DNA of 24,203 nt from Macrostomum lignano (GCA_002269645.1 NIVC01003748.1:1-24203), one strand, 5' to 3'; counted from the stretch's first letter, positions 9,066 to 20,056 are shown. Numbers and translations: made by a program. The notes: a model not told the origin generated them from the sequence alone.

Positions 9066-9984
9066 TCAGCTTAGACAAGCTTTTCACTATGTCGTGACTT
9101 CACTCAATCACAACACAAAGGTGGCATGCACAAAACGGGTGCTCTAGAGGCTACACTTTACATTTAACCTGTTAATGGCTCCGATTGAAGCACGTGCTTA
9201 CAAACAGGTACATATTGCACGTTTTTTAACCGAATTTTTCTGCATTTCAATCGGCCAGAGCCTCACAGACTTGCGAAAGCAATTAGAAAATCAGTTCTTG
9301 AACAGGGCGTCACTCCAGAAAGGCGATTGATGTAGTGGCTTTTAAAACTGAGTATCTTTTCGTCATTGCTGGTAAAACGTATTTCTGGCTGTGCAGTCTA
9401 ATAAAAATTGTATATTTTGTTCGGATAATAAATTGACTGATAAAATGTATTATGCTTTAATTGATTTCATTTCAGCAATTCACCAGACAATTACTAATAG
9501 ACTAATTGAAGCTTAGAGCTGTTCTGGTGACTCTAAAATTGCCAATTATACAATAAAACAATCTAAAAAATACTAGTGTGCATCAATATTGTAACAGTAC
9601 ACAATATAGTACCATAAAATGCTTCGCTATGACACTAGAATAAGACACAAAAGCAGCATAAGACGAAGAGCTTCTTAAACTAATCGCTTCTTTGATTATC
9701 TCAAGCCGAAAGACACTAAATAAGCTGCTATGGCATAGGATGTATTGAGCAATTGGCTAAAATACTTTCCTTGCAAAATAGTGCAGAGGTGACGCCACTC
9801 ATAACCGGAAACAACAAAGTGTAAAATTGCAATCTCACACGACAACATCTTTGTATATCAGGAATAAATATTGATTGCAAAAATCAGTTTTAGTAAAAGT
9901 AAAATCATGTCTAAGTTGAGTCGTACAGTTGAAATAGTCATTAAAATAAATAAAACTGCTTGATAAATTAGTCAGCAAGGCAGT

Positions 9985-11261
9985 TCAAAGAAGTTCAAGC
10001 CGCACACTCAGTATCCTCCAGAGCAGCAGCAGCATCACAGAGCCAACAGCCGAGCTGAAGCCAGCAGCTTTTAGCGCCACAGCAGCGTTACAATTTCTCT
10101 TGTCGCAGAAGCAGAGCTGGCCGTTGCGTCGGGACTCGTCGATGCAGACCAGGTAGGGCGACACCTTCTTCAGCCGCAGGTTCTTTGAACAGGTGCGCCG
10201 CACCCGGGAACTGCCGTCTGAATGGCGATATTGTGCTTGCATGATTAAGTCGCTGCTGTCACTGATGCCGCAGTCTGGCGTGCCCGCTCATCCTGCTCAC
10301 ACCTGAGCACACCCTCACACGGATACGTACTCAGGCACAATACACCTTTTATGAGCGTCACACGAGTCACACGAGTCCCAGGCTAACATTAGCGCATATT
10401 AATGTAATATAATAGTTATTTACATATAATAGTTGATTACACCTGCCCTAATGGGCAGATGTGCAACCGACAGCTCAGCCGCAGCTATTGCATGGCGCAT
10501 CTAGGCTGCGTACAACTGTTCAGGCCAAGGACTGGGAGGTCGCCACACACCCTCAATTACCCCAGGTAATGCTGGCATCCATTTGAACTGAAGCGTGAAG
10601 TGTTAAATGTCCTCTTGCTCAAGGATACAAATTGTTCCAAGTGGGTCGAGAATAAAACCCCCGACCTTTCAGTCGTAAGTCCGACGCTCCAACCACTACA
10701 CTAAAACCCCTGACTCTCGCATGAAACTCGACATTATAGTGGTCTGAAACGAATGGAATTCGGGATCTGATGTGAGCTTGGTATGCGGTACCGCTCAGTT
10801 TAGTTTACTATCGCCCTGATAGCTAACTTGTGCTCATGTTGACCTGAGAGAAGAGAATTAGCCCTTACCAGCGTATCTGTGCACCCATTTGGAGCAGACG
10901 CCGCCGCAGCGCACTGACGGAACCAAACCGCGCTTGACCAGGGACACGTCGAAGGGGTCGCGGCATCGGCTGTCGTACAGCGAGTCGCATTCCACACAGT
11001 CCATGTTCTGGTCTAACACAGTATAGGTAAGCATAAATTAGTTTATAAAGTACATAGTTTAAACCTAAGAGTACACATATTGTGAATTTGACCCTACTAA
11101 AGATTAGAGCTCATGCAATATTTATAATATATTGGGGAAAGTAATACATTAACTCGTTAAACACCTTTGCAATGGTCTGGATCGGAAGCAAAAGATGCCG
11201 TTGACAGACCAGCATACACCAGCTGCACCAGAATCAATAAATATTTCGCTGTGCAGTTCAT
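9985..11261 (-). CDS. Ly6/uPAR three-finger protein, quiver/sleepless-like, probably GPI-anchored; exons 11261-11165, 11012-10869, 10217-9985; 157 aa
   Basis: Both introns are GT-AG, phase 1. Signal peptide MNCTAKYLLILVQLVYAGLSTASFA. LU domain with 10 Cys: DCVECDSLYDSRCRDPF...RCGGVCSKW...VRRTC...VC...LCFCDKRNCN. It ends in NAA, a spacer and a hydrophobic tail (GPI-signal-like). The exon 1 donor (GTGTTT) is weaker, so exon 1 is less certain. Confidence 0.85.
10405..10710 (-). mobile_element. tRNA-headed SINE with CORE-like central domain, in intron 2 of the Ly6 gene
   Basis: On the minus strand: A-box TAGTGTAGTGG, tRNA-like GCGTCGGACTTACGACTGAAAGGTCGGGGGTT, and a degenerate B-box. Then TGTATCCTTGAGCAAG..TTAAC..TTCAGTT, which matches MIR/CORE TGTGACCTTGGGCAAG..TTAAC..CTCAGTT at 13/16 in the first block. 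The 3' end has a hairpin CTGCCCATTAGGGCAG and a duplicated AACTATTATAT tail. Confidence 0.7.
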
Positions 11262-12384
11262 GCCTGCAATCAGGAAAGAAGATCAATGATTTTGAGAGTG
11301 GACATCGTTGGCTTGTACAAAATTACCATGTGAATAGTTTAATTTCTTACATTATACTTAGTAATCACACAATTTATAATCTTATCTGCTTGTTATATTT
11401 TTAACTGCACCAGGCATGGCTCAATGTAGCAATTTCATTCAGTGATAGTTTAAATCTAAATCCTTGATGAAAGTAAGTATACTGTATCTATATTTTATCT
11501 TATAGTCTATAACAAATGAATCAGATTAGTTACTCCATAAGTTCTCATCATTTGATTTAAAATATGTCTATTTTAATTTTATTTAAAACGAGAGGAAAGG
11601 CCTGATGTAAAATCTAAGAATATGCAATTTGTGGATCAAAAAAGTGATTTAAGTTTTTGTAATCTATTTTAGCCATATATGAAGTTTCAACTGCTTTGCT
11701 TATATATTCAGAGCTACAGCCAAAAGTTGTTATTGTTATTATTACTATTTTTACGACGCTAGCCAGTTCTAGCGAGCACATGCTGTTTGAACAGCCAGAG
11801 CTGGGAAAATTTTTGATGTAGAAAAGAGGCTGGCTCCATTTTTTTCATTTAGTGGTTTTCTCTCATGAATAATAAGTGAAAGTTGCATGTTAAATTAAAA
11901 TTCATGTAACCTAACACAAGACACTGACATTTAAAAATACATCATTTAGTTAAATTTGAATGCCCTAGAAAAGAATTTTTTACATTTTAAGCATTGTTGA
12001 CGCCTTTGGCTTTAAAATAAATTAAAACAAGTTAATTTATGAAATTAATTATGAGCTTGCCATCTACATTAGTTTTTTCAGTCGGCATTATAGATATTAG
12101 GCTATTAAAAGTTTAAAGTTCTTTACATTTATTCTGTATAAATCAATGAATTCATTTAAGTTAAAGTTTTGAAGCTGAAAGGCCAATAGGCCGATAATCT
12201 ATATTTTATTATTTTAATTATTATAATTTTATATACTCGATAATAGAAAAAATAACTTGAAAAAAAGTCTTTATCTGATAGCACTTTCATTTTATGCATT
12301 TAGTTTGCTTTATTTTTTGTAAATATAATAAATATTTTTTAAATTTAGGCTTCTATCACATCCCTTACTATGGCTTATTCTTAC

Positions 12385-12417
12385 TAATTAACCCCTAATT
12401 AACCCCTAATTAACCCC
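12385..12417. repeat. 11-bp tandem repeat TAATTAACCCC x3
   Basis: Seen directly. Confidence 0.9.
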
Positions 12418-13614
12418 AATGCATTATTAACAAATTCTCTATTGAAAACATCATATAGGCGGTAGGCCCCTAACAAAAGTAAATATAAGGATCATGCTTT
12501 AGTAAGCTACAATTGTAGCATTTTTGCAATCATGGCTGTCTGTTTTAATTCTTACTATTTTTCATTGGGTATCGTATAATGAAATTGATGCAAGTAATCA
12601 ATTGTCTTACAGGTAGGCTTATCGTAAAATGAAAGAATGCCTATCAGTCTAGATTAGATAATAGGCCAAGCCTGCCAATTAAAGTTGGTGCAGGATAATA
12701 GATTGGCACATCAATTATCTATACAAAATTTTGTTTTCTATCTATAAAGTTGTATTAATTGCATAAGTCTAATCTAGTTTATAGCCTATACTATTTATTA
12801 ATTTGTTTATAATTAGGCACCTAGAACTTCTATTTAAGGTTTTTAATATTTAAATCATCTATTAGTTTTATAAATTTTTATATTAGTTGTATTTATTTAT
12901 ATCAATTATTTGATTAATTTAATTATGCATATTTTATAGAATTCACAGATTCTTAGAATATCTACTGAATGAGCCACTTAGCATATTTGCATGTAAGTTA
13001 CTTCAATTTAGTAGTAATTTAAACTATAGCATTTTAAGTTATTTTTAAATCCAAGCTTTATTTATTGTCTTTTACACCCTAAGCTTAAACCCTTAAACTC
13101 CATACAGATTATAAAACCTTTATCCCTGCCTTGCCACCCAATTTTTATTACTTTCTTTAATTGTTCTGCCTAAATCTGCCCTGTATATTTCAATGGCTAA
13201 TGCATATATATCTGAACCAATTGGCAATTGTTTATGTCTATAAGCTTAGGCTTCTAAACTTATCAAAGTCATTTTAGCTGCCTCTATTCTTATAAAAGTA
13301 TAAGAGTATAAAAGTATAATGCCTGATTTGGATCACAGTTTTGGTTTTCTTGGCATGTCTTAAAGTTTGCGACCTACCTAGGCTCAAGTTATTGCATGAT
13401 TCAGCAAATTCTCTACAATTATAAAGTCTTATAATAAGTTCTAATAATACGGATATCTTACTTTTGCTCGATCACAAAAGATGAAAGCTGGTATATCATG
13501 ACACACTGTTACTCGAAAATAAAACCTAGGGTACTCGCCATTGAAGAGACTGGAGTGAGTGAGTTCATCTGCTCAAGTACATAAAAAATCTGCCCTCCCC
13601 AGCTTGCAAGCCGC

Positions 13615-16600
13615 ATGGAAGACAGCGACGCGCCAATCCTGCAGTTCCTGCAGTCCCGGGTTGCCAACCTGGACGAGGACTTCAGCCAGTACCTGCACAG
13701 CCTGCTGGCCGACGGTGTCGACGACTTCGTCAGCGGCGCCGACATCGAGGCTGCGATTGGCGACTTCTTGCACGAAGCCGACGCCAACCAGACGCCGGAG
13801 TCTGTGCGCGACATCTGCGAGGCCATCTACACCAGATTCTGCTCCGGCGCCGCTTCTGCCGACTCTGCGGCCGACGCCGCTGCTGACTCCGGCGCGTCGG
13901 CTGGCAGTGCGACAGCCAATGGCGACGCGGCGGGTCCGGAGCGGCTGCGCGCGCCTGTGCAGCTGGGCGAGCTGCACTCTGCTGTGGCCGACAGCGGCGG
14001 AGGGCTCGGCGGCGGCGGCAGCAACGGCGGCGGCATCTGGATGCAGCGCAAGTCTGAGAACAAGCTCATCAATGTTGAAGCCTCGCTAGCCAGCGACCCC
14101 AAGGCTGCCAAGCGGCTGATGAAGGCCAACAATGCGTCCTCCAACTCGCTCACTTCGCAGGACGAGTGCGGAGCTTCCGTGAGTCTGTGTAGGGAGATGG
14201 GGTGATATTTGTATAGGGATTTGGGGAGTTCTGAAAGAGATTTGTAAGTGGATATTAGGGACTCGGAAGTTCATAATGATCTTTCCAGTAGGAATACCCC
14301 CTATAGGAAAAAGTTGTAAAACCGCGGACGGTGTCCGGCGCACTTTTGAAATTTTTCTAAAGCGCAGCGCGCGCACAGGCGCAGCGCCTGCGCGCGCTGC
14401 CCTTTCTTACTGGCTGCTGCTCTAGCAAATACATATACATGGGGATGGGTATAATACCTCTGTTGAAGGGGCTTATACACTCGTAATTTATTAAGCTTAG
14501 AGATGTTCCGAAAATTCAATTTCAATTTTCCAAAATTTGAAATTTTTTAGAGCAAATTTCAATTTCGAAATAAAATTTAGAAGTGTCGAAAATTGTCTAA
14601 ATTTAAAAATTTTGAAAATTTTGGTAGTGTCTAAAAAGTCGCTAAAAATAAACTACTTTCTACTACATATACATGTATTACTTTTTGCTTAAGCAGTAAA
14701 TTGAAAGTAAAAAAGTGAGTGTTGATCATACTAAACTTTGTTTTTCTGAATTATGATTTCGGGAAATTTCAATTTTGATTTTGGAAAGTTAGCGAATATT
14801 GATTTCGACGAAACTGCAGATCTTTCGGAACATCTCTAATAATCCTAAAGCGCGGTAAAATAGTTTGACTCTTTTCTAAAGCGCGCGTCCGCGGGTTTTT
14901 AACATTTATTCCAATAGGGGGAATACCAAGCCATTTTACCGGGCACAGTCACCCGGTGCCATCCGTTGAAGGTCCAGAAGTCAGAGCTGATTCAGACACC
15001 TGTCGTCGACGAGCTGGTGAAATTTGAAGACTTGTAAAAAATTCGACTTTCTGGCAGAATTTTTTAATATCTCGACGCGGTCCGAAAGGCTGGCGACTTG
15101 ATTATTGTTTGCGAAGGTGCGCGACAACAAAAAGGTTCGCTCGTGCCCTTCAAATTCGTGCGCCTGCGTTGCTTCCGTTCGAGCGCAGCAAAAAATTGTC
15201 AACTCCCTCACCCCCTTGGCCGTTCTACTAACAGATTAAAACAAAGTGGCTCAGAGATCGTAAAATTGGAGTTCAAACTATTCCGGACATCCGCAGGTGA
15301 GCCAGCAGCTTAATCGCAAAGACGCCGCTCTGGACGGCGAGTCGGGCCGCGTGCGCGATATTCGCGTTGAAGGTCTGGACATCGCCTTCGGCAGTCGGCA
15401 GCTGCTGGAGGGCGCCAACCTCACTCTGGCCAGCGGCAGGCGCTACGGCTTTGTTGGCCGGAACGGGCTGGGCAAGACCACCCTGCTGAAGCTGCTGAGC
15501 ACCAGGCAGATCAGCGTGCCATCGCATATCCGTGTGCTGCACGTGGAGCAGGAGGTGAGTAGCTGGGCTGCGGATTCACGGTTTCTGTATCTGCATTCAC
15601 AGTTTCTGTATCTGCATTCACAGTTTCTGTATCTGCATTCACGGTTTCTGTATCTGCATTCACGGTTTCTGTATCTGGATTCACGGTTTCTGTATCTGCA
15701 TTCACGGTTTCTGTATCTGGATTCACGGTTTCTGTATCTGCATTCACGGTTTCTGTATCTGGATTCACGGTTTCTGTATCTGAATTCACGGTTTCTTTAT
15801 CCGCATTCACGGTTTCTGTATCTGGATTCACGGTTTCTGTATCTGAATTCACGGTTTCTTTATCCGCATTCACGGTTTCTTTATCCAAATTCACGGTTTC
15901 TTTATCCGCATTCACGGTTTCTGTATCCGAATTCATGGTTTCTGTATCCGAATTCACGGTTTCTGTATCCGAATTCACGGTTTCTGCATCCGCATTCACG
16001 GTTTCTGTATCCGAATTCACGGTTTCTTTATCCGCATTCATGGTTTCTGTATCCGAATTCACGGTTTCTTTATCCGCATTCACGGTTTCTGTATCCGAAT
16101 TCACGGTTTCTATATCTAGATTTACAATCTCTAGATGAGGAGTCTAAATGACCTGAAGCTGAGCCACTCACATTCTCCCCAACCCGCCGGGCTTCCCCAA
16201 TCCCAGGTGGCAGGTGACGATACTCCGGCAGTCGAGAGCGTCCTGCAGGCCGACGAGCAGCGGGCCCGCCTGCTGGCCGAGGAGGCGCGCTGCCGCGCCG
16301 AGCCAGACGCGCCAGGCGCCGCCGACCGCTTGGCCGCCCTGTTCGCCGAGCTGGCCGCGATCGAGGCGGACAAGGCGCCGTCCCGGGTCGCCAGCATCCT
16401 GCACGGCCTGGGCTTCACGCCGGCGATGCAGACCGTGCCCACAAAGCAGTTTTCCGGCGGCTGGCGAATGCGACTGGCGCTGGCCAGGGCGCTGTTTGCC
16501 AAGTGAGTGCTGAAAAGCGCGAATCTCTGCCTTTATTTTAGTTTTGCCATGAAGGAATATCACTTTTAGCCTCTCCACCGAAGCCTGGAAATAACTGGGC

Positions 16601-18872
16601 TTCTAGATGGGTTTTTTGGTTCTCAATGGGGTTTTGGGGTTCTCAATGGGGTTTTGGGGTTCACAATGGGGTTTTGGGTTCTCAAGGGGTTTTTTTGTTC
16701 TCAAGGGGTTTTTGGGTTCTCAAGGGGTTTTAGGGTTCTCAAGGGGTTTTGGGTTCTGAAGGGGCGTTTTAGGGTTCTGAAGCGGATTTCAGGGTTCTGA
16801 AGGAAGGTTTTTAGGGTTCTGAAGGGATGTTTTTGGGTTTTGGAGAGGATTTTAGTGTTCTGAAGGCAGGTTTTAGGGTTCTGAAGGGAGTTTTTAGGGT
16901 CATTTCGAAATTCGAACCCCAAAGTCCCAGGCTTAACCCTGTCCCATTATCACTGCCCCGCCACCGCAGGCCGGACCTGCTGCTGCTGGACGAGCCCAGC
17001 AACATGTTGGACATGAAGGCCATCATCTGGCTGGAGAACTACCTGCAGCGCTGGCCAAACACCCTCTTAGTTGTGTCCCACGACACCGCCTTCCTAAACG
17101 CCGTCTCTACGGACATCCTCTTCATCAGCAACAGGAGGCTGGAGTACTACAAGGGCGACTACGACACGTTTGTGCGCTCCAGAGAGGAGAAGCTGCTCAA
17201 CCAGCAGCGCGAGTACGACGCCCAGATGGCCGAGCGGGAGCACATCCAGAAGTTCATCGACCGGTTCCGCTACAACGCCAACCGGGCCAGCCAGGTGCAG
17301 TCCCGCATCAAGATGCTGGAGGCCATGCCCAAGCTGGAGGCGCCAGTCCACGACTCGGAGGTCACAATGAAGTTCCCGCCGGTCGAGGACAAGCTGTCGC
17401 CGCCCATCCTGCAGCTGGACGAGGTCGTGTTCGGCTATCCGGGCAGCGACCGGACCGTGCTGAAGGGCGTCTGCGCCTGCGCCGGCTCCGACTCCAGGAT
17501 CTGCGTTGTGGGAGAGAACGGCCAGGTGAGGGGCGCCTGTCAAAACGAAAGCCTAGAATTGGGTTGGAAAAATCCCAATCTGGATTGGGATCCTAGAATA
17601 GGGATAAAAATAATCCCAATCTGAATTTAGATCTAGAATACAGATAAAAATAATCCATATCTGGTTTGGAATCTAGGGATAAAAATCCCAATCTGTTTGA
17701 AATCTAGAGATGAAAAATCCCTATCTGGTTCGGAATCTAAAGATAAAAATCCTGTATGTATTGGAATCTAGAGATATAAATCCCAATCTGTATTGGAATC
17801 TAGCGATAAAAATCCCTATCTGTTTTGGAATCTAGGGATAAAATCCCAATCTGGTTTGGAATCTAGGGATAAAAATCCCTATCTGTTTTGGAATCTAGGG
17901 ATAAGAATCCCAATCTGGTTTGGAATCTAGGGATAAAATCCCAATCTGGTTTGGAATCTAGGGATAAAATCCCAATCTGGTTTGGAATCTAGAGATAATA
18001 ATCTCGAACTGGTTTGGAATCTAGGGATAAAAATCCCCATCTGGATTGGAATCTAGGGATAAAAATCTCGAACTGGTTTGGAATCTAGGGATAAAAATCC
18101 CCATCTGGATTGGAATCTAGGGATAAAAATCCCGAACTGGTTTAAAATCCTTAGAATAGAGATAAAATAATCCCTATCTATTAATAGATTCCTAAATTCC
18201 TGTTTCAAATCTCCCCTAACAACTCCTAGCAAAATGATGCTGAAGACGAATGCTTTAGAGAGTAGGAATGGTAGGAATGCTGTGGAATCAAGTGATGCCA
18301 GCAGTAACCATAGCAACGCCACCCACCCGACTCCGCAGGGCAAATCCACGCTGCTGAAGATCATCCTCGGCGACCTGTCCCCATCGAAGGGCGTCCGGCA
18401 CGCGCACCGCAGCCTGCGCATCGGCTATTTCTCCCAGCACTTCGTTGACCAGCTCGACCTGAACTCGACCCCACTGGAGTTCATGGCCCGGACATTTCCC
18501 GGCCAGCCGCAGGAGGCCTACAGGCAGCAGCTCGGACAGTTTGGCGCCGGTGGCGACCTGGCGCTGCGCCAAATCCGCCTGCTGTCCGGCGGCCAGAAAT
18601 GTCGAATCGCCTTCGCCCTGATCGCCGCCGGCCGGCCGAACTTCCTGGTGCTGGACGAGCCCACCAATCACCTGGACGTGCAGACCATCAAAGCCCTTGG
18701 CGACGCCTTGAACTCCTTCAACGGCGGCGTTGTGCTGGTGTCGCACGATGAGCGATTGATCAAGATGATCTGCACCGAGCTGTGGCTGGTCTCCGATGGC
18801 CTGGTGCGGACTATTGAGGGTGGCATTGACGCCTACAGGCGGCTGGTAGAGAAGGAGCTCGAGCTGGCTTAG
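13615..18872 (+). CDS. ABCF3: ATP-binding cassette subfamily F member 3 (GCN20-like); exons 13615-14178, 15297-15554, 16207-16502, 16970-17525, 18339-18872; 735 aa
   Basis: All four introns are GT-AG with consistent phases (0,0,2,0); 2208 nt. ABCF3-type N-terminus. NBD1: GRNGLGKT, FSGGW, LLLLDEPSNMLD, VSHD. Linker FIDRFRYNANRASQVQS. NBD2: GENGQGKST, GYFSQH, LSGGQK, LVLDEPTNHLD, VSHD. No transmembrane domains. Closely parallels my recollection of vertebrate ABCF3. Confidence 0.96.
14291..14927. mobile_element. MITE-like element with ~40-bp imperfect terminal inverted repeats (outer element), ABCF3 intron 1
   Basis: 14291-14330 and the reverse complement of 14886-14927 align at about 33/42 positions, including CCCCCTAT and CCGCGGACG. 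No TSD was found. Confidence 0.55.
14498..14838. mobile_element. Nested hAT-like MITE with perfect TIR TAGAGATGTTCCGAAA
   Basis: 14497-14513 is the exact reverse complement of 14823-14839 (17 bp). The TAGAGATG terminus is hAT-like. The 8-bp flanks ATTAAGCT and ATAATCCT match at 5/8, a possible decayed TSD. Confidence 0.65.
15573..16118. repeat. 21-bp minisatellite, 26 copies, ABCF3 intron 2
   Basis: Unit (G/C/A)ATTCACGGTTTCT(G/T)TATC(T/C)G; copies were counted from the 7-aa repeat in the ORF track. Confidence 0.98.
16610..16900. repeat. ~20-bp degenerate G/T-rich minisatellite (GGGGTTTTTGGGTTCTCAA-like), ABCF3 intron 3
   Basis: Seen directly; units drift from TTCTCAA to TTCTGAA variants. 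Confidence 0.9.
17550..18150. repeat. ~32-33-bp minisatellite (TTGGAATCTAGGGATAAAAATCCCAATCTGGT), ABCF3 intron 4
   Basis: Seen directly, roughly 18 copies. Confidence 0.95.
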
Positions 18873-19200
18873 TTGCTAGGCTGGGGATTCGGTTGCTGTG
18901 GCAACTAAATGAATTTGTTGCTATACTGTGGACTCGGTTTCTATGGAAACTGAAATGATTTTTGTTGCTAGACTGGGGACTCGGTTGCTATGGCAACTAA
19001 ATTGATTTTGTTGCTATACTGGGGACTCGGTTGCTATGGAAACTAAATGATTTTGCTGCTAGGCTGGTGACTCGGTTGCTATGAAAACTGAAATAATTCT
19101 GCTGCTAGGCTGGGAGACTCGGTTGCTATGGAAACTGTTATAATCTGTTGTTGCAAGGCGATAAAATTTGTTGCTAGGTTTGGAACTCGGTTACTATAGA
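18872..19200. repeat. ~46-bp minisatellite starting at the ABCF3 stop codon, with an X-box-like palindrome in each unit
   Basis: GTT(G/T)CT(A/G)TG(G/A)(C/A)AAC at 18892, 18937, 18984, 19030, 19075 and 19122 (spacing 45-47 nt). Confidence 0.92.
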
Positions 19201-19499
19201 AGCGGTTCTGTTGCTTGACCTGTTCTGTTGCTAAGAGCTCAAGACTACCGGGACCTCGCGCATGCGTGCTGGTTTCCGCTGTTTACTTCTCTGATGTGCG
19301 CCGGTTTTCCTACCTTGACGAGGGTTGATATTTGAATTCGTAATTTTTGTTATTTACCAGATGGAAAAAAAGGTTGGGGCGCAGCTGCTCCAGATTCGCA
19401 GTACCCTGCATCCCAAAATTCTAAGTGAATATTTGCAACAAAATTTGGACAATTATTTTGCGTGTGCCTGCATTCCCCACATCCCTCCCAATGCTTAAC

Positions 19500-19880
19500 C
19501 ATTGCCAACATGCAAGCATGCCTAGTCAAGAACTGCTTTCACCCTTGGCTTGATAATTGCCACCGTTGATCTTTGAATCCCTTCTGAGGTGGCGAATCGG
19601 CTTCTTGTTCCCTTCTTTAACGTTTTTGCTTGTCTGCCCATTTGCCTTTGCAACCAAATCAAATGATATCTTAAATTTATCGTTGCATGTCCCCAACATT
19701 CTACTGCTGACCAATGGCAGTAGTATGGTTGGAATTTTTATCTATTATTTATTTCTCATATTTGTCGTGCCTGTCCGAATATCAGAAAGCATTATTTTGT
19801 TGCATGCTGCAAAGCTTCCTTGCAAAATCGGCACTTTGACCATGCATTTACTGCCATGTGTGACTGCAGTGCCCCGGGTT
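19500..19880 (-). mobile_element. Possible heavily decayed hAT-type transposase remnant (BED-finger-like segment)
   Basis: Minus-strand pieces WSKCRFCKEAL and, in another frame, TGTTNMRN resemble the BED finger pattern CxxC...GTTNLxxH. They are broken by stops and frameshifts; weak. Confidence 0.3.
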
Positions 19881-20056
19881 TGATGACAGATTAAATATAC
19901 ACCGCTTTAGAGCATGAGAATTTGAATTCGAGCCAGCTCGACTTTCATGAGGAATCTTCTTATCCATATTTGTTGCAAGATTGCACTTGCTTTCTTTGAT
20001 GATTGCAAAACCAAACTGCTCATTTTATCGTTGCTTTTCATGCTTGCAATCGATAA

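Noticed and set aside
8544-9147. ORFs 8544-8864 (-) and 8626-9147 (+)
   Set aside because: No recognisable domain or convincing splice context; the plus ORF is partly the antisense of the LINE relic.
12385-12417. TAATTAACCCC x3 as an interstitial telomere
   Set aside because: The unit is 11 bp and not the metazoan TTAGGG repeat; only three copies.
15511-16104. 197-aa antisense ORF (TETVN repeats) as a gene
   Set aside because: It is the open frame of a stop-free 21-bp repeat with an alternative start and no independent gene signals; mentioned only within the intron-2 finding.
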